Assembly (NCBI GenBank): GCA_947485165.1
Contig: CANKRG010000001.1
Location: 17,719-81,718 of the forward strand
Length of the DNA stretch: 64,000 nucleotides
Direction: 5' to 3'
Origin: Comamonadaceae bacterium
Lineage (GTDB): Bacteria; Pseudomonadota; Gammaproteobacteria; Burkholderiales; Burkholderiaceae_C
The notes beneath the pieces were generated by a model. The model made no database searches. It was given only the letters and a program-made list of their open reading frames with translations, and was not told where the DNA came from. Made by a program: the position numbers and the translations under genes. Below are positions 30,495-41,257 of this stretch, one piece after another; within the stretch, counting starts at the first letter, position 1; every line of letters starts with the position of its first letter.

Positions 30495-31244
30495 TTACTT
30501 TGGCGCAAACAAATCCACCCGATCGGTAATGATGCCATCTGTGCCCAAATCCAGCAAGCGTTGTGCTGGCCATTCGTCGTTCACGGTGTAGCTCAGGCAG
30601 CGAAAGCCGGCGCTCTTGGCTTGGGTAACGCAGGAGGTGTCCCACAACGCATGGTTGCAGACAATGGCGCTGCAATCTAAAACCAAGGCGGTTTCCAGCC
30701 AGCCTTTCCACAGCGTGTCCAGCAGCAAGCCGCGTGGTAAGTGCGGGGCGGCGGTTTGGGCGGCTTCTAGGGATTCGGGGCGGAAGCAGGTGAGTAGGGG
30801 CGGAAATGCTGCGTCTTGCCACAAACGCGCGGCATGTTCGGCCACCACTTTGCCGGTTTCGGCTTCTTGGCCGGGCGTGGGTTTGATCTCAATATTGACG
30901 AAATAGCCGTTCTTTAAGCAAAATTGAGCGATGTTGGCGAATGTTGGCAATGGTTCGCCCGCAAAGCTGCGTGAATGCCAACTGCCAGCGTCTAGTTGCG
31001 ACAGCGCACTCCAAGTTTGTTCGCCAGCCGTGCCTTTGCCCGTTGTGGTGCGGTTCAAGGTGTTGTCATGCAGCAAAAACGGCACGCCGTCTGCGCTTAA
31101 TTTCACATCGCACTCAAACATGCGGTAGCCATGGCTGGCACCTAGTTTGAAGGCGGCAAGGGTGTTCTCAGGGGCGAGTTTGCCTGCGCCTCGGTGGGCT
31201 ATCCAGCGTGGATATGGCCAGTTTTCAGAATTGACGGTTTGCAT
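30495..31244 (-). CDS. ugpQ: Glycerophosphodiester phosphodiesterase
   Basis: 249-aa ORF with the GDPD motif IAHRGAGKLAPENTLAAF...ECDVKLSADGVPFLLHD. It lies downstream of ugpBAEC. Confidence 0.88.
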   Translation of the reverse strand: MQTVNSENWPYPRWIAHRGAGKLAPENTLAAFKLGASHGYRMFECDVKLSADGVPFLLHDNTLNRTTTGKGTAGEQTWSALSQLDAGSWHSRSFAGEPLPTFANIAQFCLKNGYFVNIEIKPTPGQEAETGKVVAEHAARLWQDAAFPPLLTCFRPESLEAAQTAAPHLPRGLLLDTLWKGWLETALVLDCSAIVCNHALWDTSCVTQAKSAGFRCLSYTVNDEWPAQRLLDLGTDGIITDRVDLFAPK

Positions 31245-31273
31245 AAGGTAATTATCTAGGCATAAAAAAAACT

Positions 31274-31339
31274 GTCATTCCCGCGAAGGCGGGAATCCAT
31301 GCCCCCGCCACCGTGGATTCCCGCCTTCGCGGGAATGAC
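31274..31339. repeat. Perfect 26-bp inverted repeat; each arm is itself an ATTCCC-N8-GGGAAT (dRS3-like) palindrome
   Basis: GTCATTCCCGCGAAGGCGGGAATCCA (31274-31299), a 14-nt loop, then TGGATTCCCGCCTTCGCGGGAATGAC (31314-31339). It lies in the ugpC-ugpQ spacer. Confidence 0.9.
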
Positions 31340-31350
31340 GAGGCTCGCTT

Positions 31351-32364
31351 TTAAGTAATCCGCTTGCCCGTTGACACATCAAAATGGTGCACTTTGTCCG
31401 CACGCGGGATGGCGTAAATCGTGCTGCCAATCGTCGGTGAAGGCTGGTGTTCATCCACGCGAATGATGACGCGCTCGTCGTTCAGCAGCGCATAAACCAA
31501 GCGTTCCGCTCCCAAAAGCTCAATGGCTTCGACTTTGAGTGTCCAGCCGTTGTTGTCCGTCGAAATATCCAAATGCTCAGGTCGAATGCCTAAAATCTGC
31601 CCCGTTTTGCCATCGGGTGCAGATTTGAGCAAATTCATAGGTGGCGAGCCGATAAAACTCGCCACAAAGGTGCTGGCAGGGCGGTTGTAGACCTCTTCGG
31701 GTGTGCCAAATTGCTCCATCGCGCCAGCGTTCATCACCATCATGCGCTGCGCCAGCGTCATGGCTTCGACCTGGTCGTGGGTCACAAACAGCGAGGTGAT
31801 GCCCAGCTCGCGGTGCAGTTTTTGGATTTCCAGGCGGGTTTGGGCGCGCAGCTTGGCGTCCAGGTTCGACAAAGGTTCGTCGAACAAAAACACCTGCGGT
31901 TGGCGCACAATGGCGCGACCCATGGCGACGCGCTGGCGTTGACCGCCGGACATGTCGCGCGGTTTGCGCTCTAAAAGCCCTTCGAGCTCGAGAATTTTGG
32001 CGGCTTTGTCAACGCGGGTTTTGATCTCGTCTTTCGGCACTTTGGCGATTTTCAGGCCGTAAGCCATGTTGTCAAAGACGCTCATGTGCGGGTAGAGCGC
32101 GTAGTTTTGGAAGACCATAGCGATGTCGCGCTCAGCGGGTTCCAGGTCGTTCACCACGCGGTCGCCAATGCACACTTCGCCACCTGAGACTTCCTCCAAG
32201 CCCGCCACCATGCGCAGCAGCGTCGATTTGCCGCAACCCGATGGCCCGACGATGACGATGAATTCGCCGTCTGCAATCTCAGCATTCACGCCATGGATAA
32301 CTTGCGTCGCGGTTTTGCCAGAGCCGTAGCGTTTGATGATGTTTTTGAGGGAGATTGAAGCCAT
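31351..32364 (-). CDS. ugpC: sn-glycerol-3-phosphate ABC transporter ATP-binding protein UgpC
   Basis: Walker [10 protein letters not shown], signature [14 protein letters not shown] and Walker [11 protein letters not shown] place the start at MASISLKN (ATG ending at 32364), directly after the ugpE stop. Confidence 0.92.
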   Translation of the reverse strand: MASISLKNIIKRYGSGKTATQVIHGVNAEIADGEFIVIVGPSGCGKSTLLRMVAGLEEVSGGEVCIGDRVVNDLEPAERDIAMVFQNYALYPHMSVFDNMAYGLKIAKVPKDEIKTRVDKAAKILELEGLLERKPRDMSGGQRQRVAMGRAIVRQPQVFLFDEPLSNLDAKLRAQTRLEIQKLHRELGITSLFVTHDQVEAMTLAQRMMVMNAGAMEQFGTPEEVYNRPASTFVASFIGSPPMNLLKSAPDGKTGQILGIRPEHLDISTDNNGWTLKVEAIELLGAERLVYALLNDERVIIRVDEHQPSPTIGSTIYAIPRADKVHHFDVSTGKRIT

Positions 32365-32365
32365 A

Positions 32366-33220
32366 TTATTTTTCAGTATCCACCAAGCCTTTGACAAACC
32401 ACTTCTGCATCAAAACCACCACCAGTGCGGGCGGTAGCATGGCCAAAATAGCGGTGGCCATGACGATGTTCCACTCGGTGTACGACTCGCCTGAAATCAT
32501 GCGCTTGATGCCCATCACCACGGGGTACATGTCTTCTTGCGTGGTCATCAACAACGGCCACAGGTACTGGTTCCAGCCGTAGATGAACTGAATCACAAAC
32601 AGCGCGGCGATGGAGGTTTTTGACAATGGCAGCAACACGTCTTTAAAAAATTGCATGGGGCTCGCACCGTCCATGCGGGCGGCTTCGACCAGCTCATCGG
32701 GCACGCTCATGAAAAACTGTCGAAACAAGAAGGTGGCGGTGGCCGAGGCAATCAAGGGAATCGTCAAGCCCGCATAGGTGTTGAGCATGCCCAGATCGGA
32801 CACAATTTGGTAGGTGGGCAAAATGCGCACCTCCACCGGCAGCATCAGGGTGACAAAAATCATCCAAAACACCACATTGCGAAACGGAAAGCGAAAGTAA
32901 ACGATGGCGAAGGCGGACAGCAAGGAAATCGCAATTTTGCCCAGAGCGATGGCCAAAGCGGTGATCAAGCTGACCCACATCATGGGCGCGACCGGGATAA
33001 TTTTGCTGCCCACGCTGTTTTTCCCACCAAAAAGGGCCATTTTGTAGGTTTCAATCATGTTGCCACCCGGAAGCAGCGACATGGGATTGGCTTGTGTGAT
33101 TTGCTCCGCAGTTTGCGTGGAGGCAATAAAGGTCAAATACACCGGAAACGCGACCAACATCACCCCGATGATGAGCACGAGGTGGGAGACGACAGTGAGG
33201 GCTGAGCGGCGTTCAATCAT
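32366..33220 (-). CDS. ugpE: sn-glycerol-3-phosphate ABC transporter permease UgpE
   Basis: 284-aa polytopic ORF with the EAA-type loop ([15 protein letters not shown]), in ugp operon context. Confidence 0.9.
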   Translation of the reverse strand: MIERRSALTVVSHLVLIIGVMLVAFPVYLTFIASTQTAEQITQANPMSLLPGGNMIETYKMALFGGKNSVGSKIIPVAPMMWVSLITALAIALGKIAISLLSAFAIVYFRFPFRNVVFWMIFVTLMLPVEVRILPTYQIVSDLGMLNTYAGLTIPLIASATATFLFRQFFMSVPDELVEAARMDGASPMQFFKDVLLPLSKTSIAALFVIQFIYGWNQYLWPLLMTTQEDMYPVVMGIKRMISGESYTEWNIVMATAILAMLPPALVVVLMQKWFVKGLVDTEK

Positions 33221-33251
33221 GGGGCTTTAGATAAACATGGGGGCTTCATAT

Positions 33252-34142
33252 CTAGTATTGCACTTTCTTTTCCACAAAACGGAACTGAATGACAGTGAGT
33301 GTCACCACAATCACCATCAATATAACGGACTGCGCCGCCGAACCACCCATGTCCAGCGCCTTGAAGCCGTCGTAATACACTTTGTAGACCAAGATGGCGG
33401 TGTCTTTTCCTGGACCGCCTTGGGTGGCGGCATCCACAATGGCAAAAGTTTCAAAAAACGCGTAAATGATGTTGATCACCAGCAAAAAGAAGGTGGTGGG
33501 TGACAGCAGCGGGAAAACAATCGTCCAAAACCTGTGCCAAGGGCTGGCACCGTCAATGGCCGCCGCTTCAATCAGCGATTTGGGGATGGACTGCAAACCC
33601 GCCAAAAAGAACAGGAAGTTGTAGGAGATTTGTTTCCAGACGGCGGCAATCACAATCAAGGTCATGGCGTTGCCGCTGTTGAGCAGATGGTTCCAGTCAA
33701 TCCCCAAAGCACGCAGGTAAAAGCTGACCACGCCCATGGGGGAGGCAAACAAAAACAGCCACAACACACCTGCCACAGCAGGGGCAACGGCGTAAGGCCA
33801 GATCAACAAGGTTTTATACATGGTCGCGCCACGGATCACACGGTTTGCCATCACGGCAAGCAGCAGGGCAATGGTCAGTCCGCAAACCGCGACTAGGATC
33901 GAAAACACTGCTGTCGTTTTGAACGACGCCAAATAACTGCTGTCTTCCCACAGTCGCTGAAAGTTGAGCAACCCGACAAACTCGGTCGACGTGCCAAAAG
34001 CGTCCTGCTGCAGCACGCTTTGGTACAAAGCCTGAAACGCAGGCCAAAAGAAAAACACCAAAATAATGGTCATTTGTGGCGTTATCAAGAGCCACGGCAA
34101 CCATTTCGATTTGAAAAATACCCGTTTTTCCATGCGGTTCAA
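33252..34142 (-). CDS. ugpA: sn-glycerol-3-phosphate ABC transporter permease UgpA
   Basis: 296-aa polytopic ORF with an EAA-type loop ([15 protein letters not shown]). The start may be the internal Met at 34133. Confidence 0.9.
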   Translation of the reverse strand: MNRMEKRVFFKSKWLPWLLITPQMTIILVFFFWPAFQALYQSVLQQDAFGTSTEFVGLLNFQRLWEDSSYLASFKTTAVFSILVAVCGLTIALLLAVMANRVIRGATMYKTLLIWPYAVAPAVAGVLWLFLFASPMGVVSFYLRALGIDWNHLLNSGNAMTLIVIAAVWKQISYNFLFFLAGLQSIPKSLIEAAAIDGASPWHRFWTIVFPLLSPTTFFLLVINIIYAFFETFAIVDAATQGGPGKDTAILVYKVYYDGFKALDMGGSAAQSVILMVIVVTLTVIQFRFVEKKVQY

Positions 34143-34168
34143 GCCGTCCCTTTGTTGGTCAGCATTTT

Positions 34169-34253
34169 GCTATTATATTCACAGCTATTTTAAGAAGGCT
34201 AAATTACCTTTAGCCGGCGTATTTGTTTCTTATGATGCTATTTATATGATAGC
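34169..34253. repeat. Head-to-head pair of the interspersed repeat (degenerate copy 34169-34203 plus full copy 34209-34253)
   Basis: The degenerate copy is GCTATtatattcAcAGC..GGCTAAA, followed by ttacc. The full copy is TTTAGCCGGCGTATTTGTTTCTTAtgatGCTATttatatgATAGC. The junction GGCTAAA/TTTAGCC is a 7-bp inverted repeat. The pair lies between ugpB and ugpA. Confidence 0.8.
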
Positions 34254-34279
34254 AAAAAAGGCAATAAATGAGTTCTAAA

Positions 34280-35596
34280 TTATTTACCTTTGTTCGCCGC
34301 TTGGAAGCGTGCCAGCTGCTCGTTGCCGCGTTTCATGGCGGAATTAAGAGCGTCTGCCGTCGCGGTTTTACCACTCCATACGCCTTCCAACTCTTCGTCA
34401 ATGATGGTGCGAATCTGCACAAAGTTGCCCAAACGAATACCGCGCGATTTGTCGGTGGTTTTGCGGATCATCTGCGTTACAGACACATCTGTGCCCGGGT
34501 TGGCTTTGTAGAAACCGGACTTGTCGGTCAATTCAAACGAAGCCTTGGTGACAGGCAAGTAGCCTGTGCGTTGGTGGCTTTTTGCAGCGACTTCTGGTTT
34601 GGACAGGTAATCAAAAAATTGGGCAACACCTTTGTATTCGTCAGCCTTTTTCCCTGCCATGACCCACAAACTGGCGCCACCAATGACGGTGTTCTGTGGT
34701 GCGCCAGACACGTCTGGGTAATAAGGCAGCGTACCGATGCCGTAGCCAAATTTGGAGTTGCGCTTCACATTGCCATACAAGGCCGATGAACCCGTCAACA
34801 TCGCGCATTCGCCAGAGACAAATGTGGCATCCGCTGCGTTGCCACGACCTTTGTAGACAAACAGGCCTGATTTGGCCATGTTGGCCAGATTGTCAATGTG
34901 GCGTACATGCAAGGGGGTGTTGATGGTCAAACGGGCATCCATGCCGCGCATGCCGTTGCCCAAAGTGGCAAACTCGGTGTTGTGCCAGGCAGAAAAGCTC
35001 TCCAGCTGTGTCCAGCTGATCCAGCTGGTGGTAAACGGACATTTGTGGCCGCTGGCTTTGAGTTTTGCGGCGGCTAAAGCCACTTCAGGCCAGGTGGTCG
35101 GTGGTTTTTCAGGATCCATGCCTGCCGCTTTGAAGGCGTCTTTGTTGTAATGGAAAACGGGTGTCGAGCTGTTGAACGGAAAACTCAGCATTTGACCGTT
35201 GGGTGCTGTGTAATAGCCGGCTACGGCGGACACGTATGCAGCAGGATCAAATTTAACACCCGCTTCTTTCATGACTTCGCCAACCGGTTTGATAGCCGTC
35301 TTGGATGCCATCATGGTCGCTGTGCCTACCTCGAATACCTGCAAAATATGCGGTGCGTTGCCAGCACGGAAGGCGGCAATCGCAGCCGTCATCGACTCAT
35401 CGTAGTTGCCTTTGAAGGTCGGGACAATTTTGTAGTCTTTTTGGCTGGCGTTGAATTCCTTGGCTAGATCCCCAACCCATTCACCCAAGGCGCCACCCAT
35501 GGAATGCCACCATTGCACCTCGGTTTGCGCCTGCGCTTGCAGGCTGGTTAAGCTTAAAAGGGCCGCCAAAGCGGTTGCCACACGTAGTTTTTTCAT
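34280..35596 (-). CDS. ugpB: sn-glycerol-3-phosphate ABC transporter substrate-binding protein UgpB
   Basis: The signal peptide MKKLRVATALAALLSLTSLQAQA starts at ATG 35594-35596, with GGAG 8 nt upstream. It is a family-1 solute-binding protein in ugp operon context. Confidence 0.9.
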   Translation of the reverse strand: MKKLRVATALAALLSLTSLQAQAQTEVQWWHSMGGALGEWVGDLAKEFNASQKDYKIVPTFKGNYDESMTAAIAAFRAGNAPHILQVFEVGTATMMASKTAIKPVGEVMKEAGVKFDPAAYVSAVAGYYTAPNGQMLSFPFNSSTPVFHYNKDAFKAAGMDPEKPPTTWPEVALAAAKLKASGHKCPFTTSWISWTQLESFSAWHNTEFATLGNGMRGMDARLTINTPLHVRHIDNLANMAKSGLFVYKGRGNAADATFVSGECAMLTGSSALYGNVKRNSKFGYGIGTLPYYPDVSGAPQNTVIGGASLWVMAGKKADEYKGVAQFFDYLSKPEVAAKSHQRTGYLPVTKASFELTDKSGFYKANPGTDVSVTQMIRKTTDKSRGIRLGNFVQIRTIIDEELEGVWSGKTATADALNSAMKRGNEQLARFQAANKGK

Positions 35597-35814
35597 GTAA
35601 ATCTCCAAAAAAATGGGGAATATGACAAATAAAAGTCATTTTCAAGACGATATGCCTTTTGCTGTCAAATTTGACCACGCTTAACCAGAAAACGGCTATC
35701 GGGTATTCCATTAGCCTAAAAAAGCCCAGAATAAACGTGATTTAGCCTAATTTACGACCTGAATGTGACCATGCTGTGACACGGGTATGCTGCACTGCGG
35801 TAATATTAGAGGAG

Positions 35815-38800
35815 ATGAATCCTTCTACTATGCCTACCCCCACATTCACGCCTCAATCTGAACAAGGCCATGGCGCCGAGCGCATTCGCGAAATCCCGTA
35901 CAACTACACCTCGTTTTCAGATCGTGAAATCGTGCAGCGTATTTTGGGCGATCGCGCTTGGACGATTTTGAACCAATTGCGTGAAGAGCGCAGCACAGGC
36001 CGCTCAGCGCGGATGCTGTACGAGGCTTTGGGCGATATTTGGGTGGTGCAGCGGAACCCGTATTTGCAGGACGATTTACTGGACAACCCGAAGCGCCGCC
36101 AACAGCTGGTGGATGCCTTGCGGCACAGATTGTCTGAAGTTGAAAAACGCCGAACACCCGCCGTGGATGTGACGCGTGATGCTTTCGTCGGTGAATTGAT
36201 ATCAATGGCAGCCGGTGCTATCAATACCTTTGATGCTATCTTTTTAAAAGCAACAGCATTGCGTAAAAAGACGCTGAAAACGCTGGGCAAACTGACCGCG
36301 AGTGACAACATCAAGTTCGACGGCCTCAGCCGCGTCAGCCACGTGACCGATGCGACCGACTGGCGCGTCGAGTATCCGTTTGTGGTGTTGACGCCTGATT
36401 CTGAAGCTGAAATGGCCGGTTTGGTCAAAGGCTGTATCGAGCTGGGGCTGACCATCATCCCGCGAGGCGGTGGTACAGGTTATACCGGCGGCGCGATTCC
36501 GCTGACCTGGAAAAGCGCGGTCATCAATACTGAAAAGCTAGAAGCCATGACCGAGGTGGAAATGCTCACCTTGCCGGGTCATACCCAGCCCGTCGCCACG
36601 GTGTGGACCGAAGCTGGCGTGGTCACGCAGCGCGTGGCCGATGCGGCGGAGCGGGGCGGCTTTGTCTTTGCGGTCGACCCAACATCAGCCGAAGCCAGCT
36701 GTATTGGCGGCAACATCGCCATGAACGCAGGCGGCAAAAAAGCCGTGCTGTGGGGCACGGCGCTGGACAACTTGGCCAGCTGGCGCATGGTGACGCCAGA
36801 TGCCGAATGGCTGGAAGTGACCCGCCTGAACCACAACATGGGCAAAATCCATGATGCGGCGATGGCAAGCTTTGAGTTGAAATACTTTGAAGCCGATGGC
36901 AAAAAGCTGATTAAAACTGAGCAGTTGGACATTGCCGGCCCGTCTTTCCGCAAAGAGGGCCTGGGCAAAGACGTGACCGACAAGTTTTTGAGCGGCTTGC
37001 CAGGCATCCAAAAAGAAGGCTGCGATGGCCTGATCACCAGCGCGCGCTGGGTGGTGCACAAAATGCCGCAACACACGCGTACGGTTTGCCTGGAGTTTTT
37101 TGGCAACGCCAAAGACGCGGTGCCTAGCATCGTTGAGATCAAAGATTTCATGTTTGCCGAGCAAAAGCGCACCGGCGTGTTGCTGGCAGGTTTGGAGCAT
37201 TTGGACGACCGCTATTTGAAAGCCGTGGGCTACGCGACCAAATCGAAGCGTGCGCATACCGGCACCAGCAACGGACTGCCGAAAATGGTGTTGTTTGGTG
37301 ATATCGCCGGCGACAATGCGGACGACGTGGCGCGCGCCACCTCTGAGGTGGTGCGGATTGCCAATTCGCGTAATGGCGAAGGTTTTATCGCCATCAGCCC
37401 TGAAGCGCGCAAAAAGTTTTGGTTAGATCGGAAGCGCACAGCGGCGATTTCAAAACACACCAATGCCTTCAAAATCAACGAAGACGTGGTCATTCCGCTG
37501 CCACGCATGGCGGAGTACACCGATGGTATTGAGCGCATCAATATCGAGCTGAGTCTGCAAAACAAAATCAAGCTGTGCGATGCGCTGGAAGATTTCTTTA
37601 AACAAGGGCAATTGAAGGGCAACTTGCCACTGAGCAAGCACGACGATGCGGCAGGGATGACGTCCAGCGAGTTGCTGGAGGACCGCGTTGCCCAAGCCTT
37701 GGCGCTGGTTGCGGAGGTGCGCAATTTATGGGCTGGCTGGCTGGCGAATGTGGAGACGCTGTTCCCGCAACTGCAAGACCATACGTTGCGCGCCAGCTGG
37801 AAAACGGATATTCGCGCCAAGCTGCAGTTGATCTTTACGGGTGCCGCGTTCGCACCTGTTTTGGATGAGTGCACCGCCCTCCACAAACGTGTTTTAAAAG
37901 GCCGCGTTTGGGCGGCTTTGCACATGCATGCGGGTGACGGCAATGTGCACACCAACTTGCCGGTGAACAGTGATGATTACGAAATGCTGCAGTCAGCCCA
38001 CGCTGCCGTAGCCCGCATCATGGTGTTGGCGCGCAGCTTGGATGGTGTGATTTCTGGCGAGCACGGCATCGGCATCACCAAGCTGGAGTTTTTGACGGAT
38101 GCTGAACTGCAACCGTTTGCCGATTACAAGCAGCGCGTTGACCCGGAAGGCCGATTCAACAAAGGCAAGCTCTTGCGTGAGAGCTTGATTCGACCTGAAT
38201 CTGCTCTGAATTTGCTGCAAAAAACAGAGCCTATTAGGCAATCAATACGCCGGCTAAGGTCGGATTCATCGGTTAAATTGAACGATGAAGCGAAGACTTG
38301 GAACTCGGACTTAAGCAACGCCTATACGCCAAGTTTTGGTTTGATGGGGCACGAATCGCTCATCATGTCTCAAAGTGACATAGGCGCGATTGCCGACAGT
38401 GTGAAAGACTGCCTGCGCTGCGGCAAGTGCAAACCGGTTTGTTCCACCCACGTGCCACGTGCAAACCTGTTGTACAGCCCGCGCAACAAGATTTTGGCAA
38501 CTTCGCTGCTCGTCGAAGCGTTTTTGTACGAAGAGCAAACGCGCCGTGGCATCAGCATCAAGCATTGGCAAGAGTTTGAAGATGTGGCAGACCACTGCAC
38601 GGTGTGCCACAAGTGTTTGTCGCCTTGCCCCGTCGACATCGACTTTGGCGACGTGTCCATGAACATGCGCAATTTGCTGCGCAAAATGGGGCAAAAAACT
38701 TTCCGCCCGGGCAATGCACTGGCAATGTTCTTTTTGAATGCAACAAATCCATTCACCATTAACTTGGTACGCACGGCCATGGTTGGGGTGGGTTTTAAAT

Positions 38801-39834
38801 TGCAACGGCTTGCCAACGATGTGCTGCGCCCGTTTGCCAAAAAACAAACCGCCAAACCGCGCCCAACAGTTGGCTTGCCGCCCATCAAAGAGCAGGTGAT
38901 TCACTTCATCAACAAAAAAATGCCGGGAGGTTTACCGAAAAAATCCGCCCGTGCCTTGTTGGACATTGAAGACAATGATTACGTGCCTATCATTCGGAAC
39001 CCGCAGGCGACGACTTCTGAGACGGAAGCTGTGTTTTACTTCCCAGGCTGCGGCTCTGAGCGTTTGTTCAGCCAAGTCGGTTTAGCCACGCAGGCCATGC
39101 TGTGGCACGCCGGTGTGCAGACGGTCTTGCCACCGGGTTATTTATGTTGCGGCTACCCGCAAAAAGGCAGCGGCCAGTTCGACAAAGCCGAGAAAATCAT
39201 CACCGACAACCGGGTGCTGTTCCACCGCGTGGCCAATACGCTGAATTACCTCGACATCAAAACCGTGGTGGTCAGCTGCGGTACGTGCTATGACCAGCTG
39301 CAAGGGTATGAGTTTGACAAAATCTTCCCAGATTGCCGCATCATCGATATCCACGAGTATTTGTTGGAGAAAAATATCAAGCTGGATATGAATACGGGTG
39401 TCGGTGCGGGATATCTGTACCACGACCCATGCCACAGTCCGATGAAGCTGCAAGAGCCGCTGAAAACCGTTAAAGCCTTGTTGGGCGACAATGTGCTGCA
39501 AAACGAGCGCTGCTGTGGAGAGTCCGGCACGCTGGGTGTCACGCGACCCGATATTTCTACGCAAGTGCGCTTCCGTAAAGAAGAAGAATTGCAAAAAGGT
39601 GCTGATCAGTTGAGGGCTATCGGTGCAGTCGGCGAAAAGGCCAATGTCAAAATTTTGACAAGCTGCCCAAGTTGTTTGCAAGGTTTGAGCCGCTATGGCA
39701 ATGACTTGAACAACGGTTTGCTGGAAGCAGATTACATCGTCGTGGAAATGGCAAACCAAATTTTGGGTGAGAACTGGATGCCGAATTACGTGGCGTTGGC
39801 TAACAATGGCGGCATTGAACGCGTGTTGGTGTAA
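35815..39834 (+). CDS. DUF3683-type large FAD-linked oxidase fused to 4Fe-4S and CCG (GlcF/HdrD-like) domains; start codon uncertain (35815 or 35830)
   Basis: ORF of ~1340 aa. It has the N-terminal [17 protein letters not shown] segment, a PCMH-type FAD-binding domain ([14 protein letters not shown]) and a FAD-oxidase C domain. Two ferredoxin-type Cys clusters ([23 protein letters not shown]) and two CCG motifs (CCGYPQ, CCGESG) follow. Confidence 0.88.
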   Translation: MNPSTMPTPTFTPQSEQGHGAERIREIPYNYTSFSDREIVQRILGDRAWTILNQLREERSTGRSARMLYEALGDIWVVQRNPYLQDDLLDNPKRRQQLVDALRHRLSEVEKRRTPAVDVTRDAFVGELISMAAGAINTFDAIFLKATALRKKTLKTLGKLTASDNIKFDGLSRVSHVTDATDWRVEYPFVVLTPDSEAEMAGLVKGCIELGLTIIPRGGGTGYTGGAIPLTWKSAVINTEKLEAMTEVEMLTLPGHTQPVATVWTEAGVVTQRVADAAERGGFVFAVDPTSAEASCIGGNIAMNAGGKKAVLWGTALDNLASWRMVTPDAEWLEVTRLNHNMGKIHDAAMASFELKYFEADGKKLIKTEQLDIAGPSFRKEGLGKDVTDKFLSGLPGIQKEGCDGLITSARWVVHKMPQHTRTVCLEFFGNAKDAVPSIVEIKDFMFAEQKRTGVLLAGLEHLDDRYLKAVGYATKSKRAHTGTSNGLPKMVLFGDIAGDNADDVARATSEVVRIANSRNGEGFIAISPEARKKFWLDRKRTAAISKHTNAFKINEDVVIPLPRMAEYTDGIERINIELSLQNKIKLCDALEDFFKQGQLKGNLPLSKHDDAAGMTSSELLEDRVAQALALVAEVRNLWAGWLANVETLFPQLQDHTLRASWKTDIRAKLQLIFTGAAFAPVLDECTALHKRVLKGRVWAALHMHAGDGNVHTNLPVNSDDYEMLQSAHAAVARIMVLARSLDGVISGEHGIGITKLEFLTDAELQPFADYKQRVDPEGRFNKGKLLRESLIRPESALNLLQKTEPIRQSIRRLRSDSSVKLNDEAKTWNSDLSNAYTPSFGLMGHESLIMSQSDIGAIADSVKDCLRCGKCKPVCSTHVPRANLLYSPRNKILATSLLVEAFLYEEQTRRGISIKHWQEFEDVADHCTVCHKCLSPCPVDIDFGDVSMNMRNLLRKMGQKTFRPGNALAMFFLNATNPFTINLVRTAMVGVGFKLQRLANDVLRPFAKKQTAKPRPTVGLPPIKEQVIHFINKKMPGGLPKKSARALLDIEDNDYVPIIRNPQATTSETEAVFYFPGCGSERLFSQVGLATQAMLWHAGVQTVLPPGYLCCGYPQKGSGQFDKAEKIITDNRVLFHRVANTLNYLDIKTVVVSCGTCYDQLQGYEFDKIFPDCRIIDIHEYLLEKNIKLDMNTGVGAGYLYHDPCHSPMKLQEPLKTVKALLGDNVLQNERCCGESGTLGVTRPDISTQVRFRKEEELQKGADQLRAIGAVGEKANVKILTSCPSCLQGLSRYGNDLNNGLLEADYIVVEMANQILGENWMPNYVALANNGGIERVLV
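38203..38259 (+). repeat. Interspersed repeat copy embedded in frame in the DUF3683 oxidoreductase CDS
   Basis: GCTCTGaatttgctgcaaaaaaCAGAGCctaTTAGGCAATcAATACGCCGGCTAaGG. The 3' 26 nt match the intergenic consensus at all but 2 positions. Confidence 0.75.
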
Positions 39835-39873
39835 TCCATTTCGCTGCAGAAAACTAACTATCAAGGAATCATC

Positions 39874-40287
39874 ATGGCAGGCTTAGCATCAGGTTCACCA
39901 TCTCCGGAAGAACTTACGGTTCACTCGAAGTCTAAAGTCTTGGAAATCAGGTTTTCAGACGGTGCGTCGTTTCAAATTCCGTTTGAATTGATGCGTATTT
40001 CGTCACCATCCGCAGAAGTGCAAGGCCATGGTCCAGGCCAAGAGATTTTGCAAACCGGTAAACGCGATGTGGGGTTGCTTGGCATTGAGCCCATCGGCAA
40101 TTACGCCATTCAGCCCAGCTTTACGGATGGGCACGATACGGGCTTGTTCACTTGGGATTATTTGTACTTCTTGGGCTCCAAACAAGCCGAAATTTGGCAG
40201 GACTACGAAGCACGTCTGAAAGCGGCAGGCATCAGCCGAGATGCGCCCATGTTTGAGAAATCTGGGGGTGGCTGCTCAAGTCATTGA
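39874..40287 (+). CDS. DUF971 domain protein (gamma-butyrobetaine hydroxylase-like N-terminal domain)
   Basis: 137-aa ORF. L.I.F.DG....IP.E.LR..SPSAEV.GHG and Y.I.P.F.DGHDTGL..W.YL match the DUF971 pattern as recalled. Confidence 0.7.
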   Translation: MAGLASGSPSPEELTVHSKSKVLEIRFSDGASFQIPFELMRISSPSAEVQGHGPGQEILQTGKRDVGLLGIEPIGNYAIQPSFTDGHDTGLFTWDYLYFLGSKQAEIWQDYEARLKAAGISRDAPMFEKSGGGCSSH

Positions 40288-40336
40288 GCATTCCCATCCA
40301 TCAAGTCATGAATCATCTGAAAATTAAAATATAGCC

Positions 40337-41068
40337 ATGAGCCAAACTCATTTCGGATTCCAGAGCGTCGATGAAAAAGACAAAGCCAAGCGTGTGCGCG
40401 GTGTGTTTGATTCGGTCGCACCCAAGTACGACATCATGAACGACTTGATGTCCATGGGCTTGCATCGTGCTTGGAAAGCCTACACCGTCATGGTGGCGAA
40501 CGTGCAAGAGGGTGCGCAAGTACTGGATATCGCCGGTGGAACGGGTGATTTGGCCCTGGCTTTTGCAAAAAAAGTGGGCAAAACTGGCCGCGTGGTGCAT
40601 ACCGACATCAACGAAGCCATGCTGCGCGAAGGGCGTGACCGTTTGATCAATGCGGGCGTTGTTTTGCCAACGTTTGTGTGCGATGCGGAAAAATTGCCGT
40701 TTCCCGATAACCATTTCGATGTCGTCACGGTTGCTTTTGGGCTGCGGAATATGACGCATAAAGATGCAGCTTTGAAGGAGATGAACCGTGTTTTGAAGCC
40801 CAGCGGCAAGCTTTTGGTGCTGGAATTTTCGAAAATAGCCAAACCCTTGTCCAAAGTTTACGACTGGTATTCTTTCAATGTGTTACCCAAACTGGGTAAA
40901 TTGGTGGCGGGTGATGATGCGAGCTACCGTTATTTGGCAGAATCCATCCGCATGCATCCCAGCCAAGAAGAGCTCAAAGCATTGATGAAAACGGCAGGTT
41001 TTGGTCACGTGGATTTCCATAATTTGACCGGTGGTGTGGTGGCTTTGCACGTTGGCATCAAATGCTAA
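40337..41068 (+). CDS. ubiE: Ubiquinone/menaquinone biosynthesis C-methyltransferase UbiE
   Basis: 243-aa ORF starting [36 protein letters not shown], with the SAM motif LDIAGGTGD. Confidence 0.95.
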   Translation: MSQTHFGFQSVDEKDKAKRVRGVFDSVAPKYDIMNDLMSMGLHRAWKAYTVMVANVQEGAQVLDIAGGTGDLALAFAKKVGKTGRVVHTDINEAMLREGRDRLINAGVVLPTFVCDAEKLPFPDNHFDVVTVAFGLRNMTHKDAALKEMNRVLKPSGKLLVLEFSKIAKPLSKVYDWYSFNVLPKLGKLVAGDDASYRYLAESIRMHPSQEELKALMKTAGFGHVDFHNLTGGVVALHVGIKC

Positions 41069-41257
41069 CTGGTTGACAAACCATTGTGCCCTGCGCTTGT
41101 TGGTAAGACTAAGTTGTGTGAATTTTTACAAATTGTCAAAAATAACCAACTAATTTACCTTGTTCGCATAAGGTCTCTGTAAGTACCTATTGAAATACAC
41201 AGCATTTGCCTCTATATTTGAAGGGTGTTGATGTCAACACGTGTGTTTGGAGAAAAC

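Noticed and set aside
35622-35675. Pho box upstream of ugpB
   Set aside because: Only single TGTCA(T)-like half-sites are present. They are arranged as inverted rather than 11-bp-phased direct repeats, and the best one is too close to the start codon for a PhoB-dependent promoter.
36579-39864. Series of long minus-strand ORFs (197, 190, 241, 197, 172, 240 aa) opposite the DUF3683 oxidoreductase gene
   Set aside because: All lie inside one continuous, motif-rich plus-strand CDS. Their translations are low-complexity with no motifs, so they are shadow ORFs. The same applies to 32651-33205 (opposite ugpE), 41212-41667 (opposite the Tim44-like gene), 47156-47683 (opposite aspS) and 53274-53756 (opposite the ABC ATPase).
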